A DNA stretch of 64,000 nt, taken from NCBI GenBank assembly GCA_047947115.1, contig CP170459.1, forward strand, positions 2,880,001-2,944,000, in the 5' to 3' direction. Positions 61,239-64,000 of this stretch are shown here, piece after piece. This DNA is from Verrucomicrobiota bacterium. GTDB lineage: Bacteria; Verrucomicrobiota; Verrucomicrobiia; Limisphaerales; AAA164-E04. The notes under the pieces were generated by a model that saw only the letters and a program-made list of their open reading frames with translations, ran no database searches and was not told where the DNA came from. The position numbers were made by a program, and so were the translations under genes. Within the stretch, counting starts at the first letter, position 1. The number at the start of each line of letters is the position of its first letter.

Positions 61239-64000
61239 CTAATCCACGAACATGAATCCGTTCAGGTTGAACATCCAACGGCAGGTGTTGGCCAGTCCAT
61301 GCGCGTTGGCGTAAGTTTCCCAACGGTTCATTTCTTCCTGCGTTGGTTTTTGCCCGGTGGCTTCTTCAAAGGCTCTTTGAATCTGACTGCGTGTTTGCGG
61401 GTGCTGCTTTGAAAGTGTTTCCGCCCATGCTTCCGAGAGGGCGATCATGAACGGGTTGTTCAACAAGGCCAGGGACTGATTGGGGGTGAGGGTTTCATTT
61501 CGGCTGCCTACCAGCAGGGACGGATCGGCGCAGTCTAACGTGGTCATGAATGGCTGTTGCTGTGAGCGCACGATGAAACGGTAAATGGATCGTCGATGTG
61601 AAAGGGAATTCATCGGGTCATACAACCGGTATTCGTAGTGAGGCGAATGCTCTGGTTTCTCCAAGACAAAGTCCATGAACGCCGGCCCGCCCATGGTTTG
61701 ATCCAATTTGCCTGCGAGCAGCAGCACCGAATCCCTGAGGGATTCCGCTTCAAGACGGCGCCGGTTCATTTTCCACAGGTATCGGTTTCCCGAATCCAAT
61801 GCGAACTTGGCGGAATCGGTTCGGGAGGTCTGTCGATAAGTGGCGGATGTCAGGATCAGGCGATGGAGTTGCTTGAATGATTGTCCATTGTCCCTGAAGT
61901 AAACCGCCAGCCAGTCCAGGAGTTCAGGGTGGGAAGGTTGACCTCCCATGTGTCCGAAATCGTTGGGTGTGTCACAAATGCCGGTTCCGAAATGATAGTG
62001 CCAAACCCGGTTGACGATCGACCGCCAGGTCAACGGGTGATGCTTGTCCAGGATCCAGCGCGCCAGTGCGACACGCCGTTCGCCTTCCGAATGATCTTTT
62101 GGCAAATTAAATCGGGTGTCCTGACCCATTATGACCGGAATGGTTCCAGGGCCGACTTCCCTGCCGGGTTGGGCAACATCTCCGCGTGCAAGGATGTGGA
62201 TGGGGCGGGGTTTGCCTCCTTCGTTGCCGGTTCCGCGAAAGGCCCCGCTGCCTTTATGGATGGTGCCTGCGTAAACCTTTGATGGCTCGGGGAGTGATGC
62301 CAGATTGGATTCCAGGTTTTGGAGTGTTTGATTCAATTTCTGGAGTCGATACGCCCATTCGGGTTTGGTGGCCTGATTCCAAAGATGGTCTCTCTCTTCC
62401 TTCAACTGTTGGATGCTTTTACCGTCAGGGGCGTTCCGTTCCATATTGACGTAGAGTCCGTCCACCAGATTTGATTTGGCCCATCGCACCGGTGCTTCGA
62501 TGCTGTCTAGGGCCGTAACCATGCTTCCCCGGGCCACGTTCTTCCCATTGGCATCCATGGCCATCAACTCGGCCAAGGCGAAAATGTAGTCGTTCGCGCG
62601 CAGAGCCAGTTTGGTGGCGGTGATTCGGATATAGCGTGTCTTGATTGGAGCCGTGTCGATACGGAGTGGAGCTACCCCTGGATTGGAAATATCTTCCTTG
62701 GTTCTGTCTGCCAGCAACACAACACCTTCTCCAAAGGCTGCCTCAAGTGAAGCCTCAATACGGAACCGCCGGGGGAAACCAAATCCCGCCCCAATGCCAT
62801 TAAACTCATCATCGCAACCTGTCAGCGTGATGGACTGGATGGTCTGTGGTTGGCCGAGATCGATCTGCACCCACTTGATGATGTCCTGCTTTTCGGCTAC
62901 GGCGCTATGATAACCGTAAGCAGCGGGTTTCGAATCTTTGTCGGACTCGAGCTGCCTGATGGCGTTATCCAGAGCGGTCCAGGTCGGTCCTGCCACTTCT
63001 TTGATGGTTGTTGTTATTTCACTAATTTCACCTTTTGCAGCCACGATCTCCTCGGACCACCTTTTCCGCGTTTCGGCAACTTCGGGATTGGCGTCGAATG
63101 TTTTGTCCGCCCGATCCAATGCGGCGAAGACAGCCTGTAATCGGTAGTAATCTTCCATCCGCACAGGGTCGAATTTGTGATGATGGCACCGGGCACATTC
63201 CACGGTGGTACTAACAAAGGTGTTCATGGTGGTGGTCACCATGTCATCCCGGTCGAGGTGGCGTGCGATGCGTCCGTCGAGTTTTGTTTCCGGCACTTCG
63301 GCGTGTCCGATAAAATCCCATGGGCCGGCCGCAATAAATCCCGTTGCGGTAATGCCATCCGGGGTGTTTGGATACAAGACGTCTCCAGCCAGTTGCTCTT
63401 CCACAAAGCGTGAATACGGCTTGTCCTGATTAAAGGAGCGGATGACGTAATCCCGATAAGGCCAGGCATTCATACGCAGCTTGTCCTTGTCGTAGCCGTG
63501 GGTGTCCGCGTAGTGGACCACATCCAGCCAGTGACGTGCCCAACGTTCGCCGTATGCCTGCGATGCCAGAAGTTGGTCGACAAGCTTTTCGTAGGCACCG
63601 GGATCGCTTGATTGTTCGAACGTCTTGATTTCAGCGGGTGTGGGGGGAAGTCCGGTCAGGTCAAAATACAGTCTTCGAATCAAGGTCCGGCGATCCGCCT
63701 CGGGGGAGGGGGAGAGTCCCTCTTCGGTTTGTTTTTGGAAGATGAAATGATCTACCGGATTGCGTGTCCAGTCCATGCTTTCAGCGGAGAGTTCCGGAAT
63801 GGACGGAGAGCGGAGAGGTTTGAGAGACCAATGTTCATATGCTTCTTCGGGGAAGGGGGCCTTTTCCAGTTGAGCCAGTTCCTTCGCGCCTTCTTGGATC
63901 CAATGCTCGATGGCGGCGATTTGTTGTTCAGTCAACGGTTTCTTTTTCTCAGGCGGCATGCGTTCTTCGGGATCTTCGTGGCGCAGTCTGGCTATTAAAG
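61239..64000 (-). CDS. Planctomycete cytochrome c + DUF1549 + F5/8-type + DUF1553 protein (5' partial)
   Basis: Frame is open to the window edge (LIARLRHEDPEERMPP..WI..GA). Contains YGERWARHWLD, CARCHHHKFDP, WVQIDLG...RYIRI and RRLEAE. Confidence 0.9.
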   Translation of the reverse strand, partial: LIARLRHEDPEERMPPEKKKPLTEQQIAAIEHWIQEGAKELAQLEKAPFPEEAYEHWSLKPLRSPSIPELSAESMDWTRNPVDHFIFQKQTEEGLSPSPEADRRTLIRRLYFDLTGLPPTPAEIKTFEQSSDPGAYEKLVDQLLASQAYGERWARHWLDVVHYADTHGYDKDKLRMNAWPYRDYVIRSFNQDKPYSRFVEEQLAGDVLYPNTPDGITATGFIAAGPWDFIGHAEVPETKLDGRIARHLDRDDMVTTTMNTFVSTTVECARCHHHKFDPVRMEDYYRLQAVFAALDRADKTFDANPEVAETRKRWSEEIVAAKGEISEITTTIKEVAGPTWTALDNAIRQLESDKDSKPAAYGYHSAVAEKQDIIKWVQIDLGQPQTIQSITLTGCDDEFNGIGAGFGFPRRFRIEASLEAAFGEGVVLLADRTKEDISNPGVAPLRIDTAPIKTRYIRITATKLALRANDYIFALAELMAMDANGKNVARGSMVTALDSIEAPVRWAKSNLVDGLYVNMERNAPDGKSIQQLKEERDHLWNQATKPEWAYRLQKLNQTLQNLESNLASLPEPSKVYAGTIHKGSGAFRGTGNEGGKPRPIHILARGDVAQPGREVGPGTIPVIMGQDTRFNLPKDHSEGERRVALARWILDKHHPLTWRSIVNRVWHYHFGTGICDTPNDFGHMGGQPSHPELLDWLAVYFRDNGQSFKQLHRLILTSATYRQTSRTDSAKFALDSGNRYLWKMNRRRLEAESLRDSVLLLAGKLDQTMGGPAFMDFVLEKPEHSPHYEYRLYDPMNSLSHRRSIYRFIVRSQQQPFMTTLDCADPSLLVGSRNETLTPNQSLALLNNPFMIALSEAWAETLSKQHPQTRSQIQRAFEEATGQKPTQEEMNRWETYANAHGLANTCRWMFNLNGFMFVD

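Overview
A gene-dense 64 kb chromosomal window. The gene families point to a Verrucomicrobiota/PVC bacterium (inference): DUF1501 and DUF1549/1553 proteins, H-X9-DG prepilin-like proteins, a PVC-type heme-binding dehydrogenase and many Tat-exported oxidoreductases. Housekeeping and cofactor genes include SCO/DUF420, an aspartate aminotransferase, thiC with a TPP riboswitch, 2-oxoacid dehydrogenase E1a/E1b/E2, bioD, mnmE, pdxH, nadA, tilS, ispH, tRNA-Lys(CTT) and tRNA-Pro(GGG). There is also a partial T2SS/pseudopilin operon and a set of polysaccharide/uronate enzymes (BNR_4, CE15, CE1, UxaE, sulfatase). The standout locus is a minus-strand sulfur operon at 55.5-60.7 kb: ArsR sensor with a palindromic operator, sulfide:quinone oxidoreductase, single-Cys TusE/DsrC, DsrE2, a FadL-like outer-membrane channel carrying two lesions, a CxxC lipoprotein and a peroxiredoxin. 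Other observations are a membrane protein/wHTH/ispH unit sharing a duplicated operator-like motif, two pseudogenes missed by the ORF track, GTAG-type REPs, a MITE-like inverted repeat and a GmhB-like protein lacking its catalytic Asp. No CRISPR array, integrase, transposase or rRNA was seen. All family calls come from motif recognition by eye; no database searches were run.
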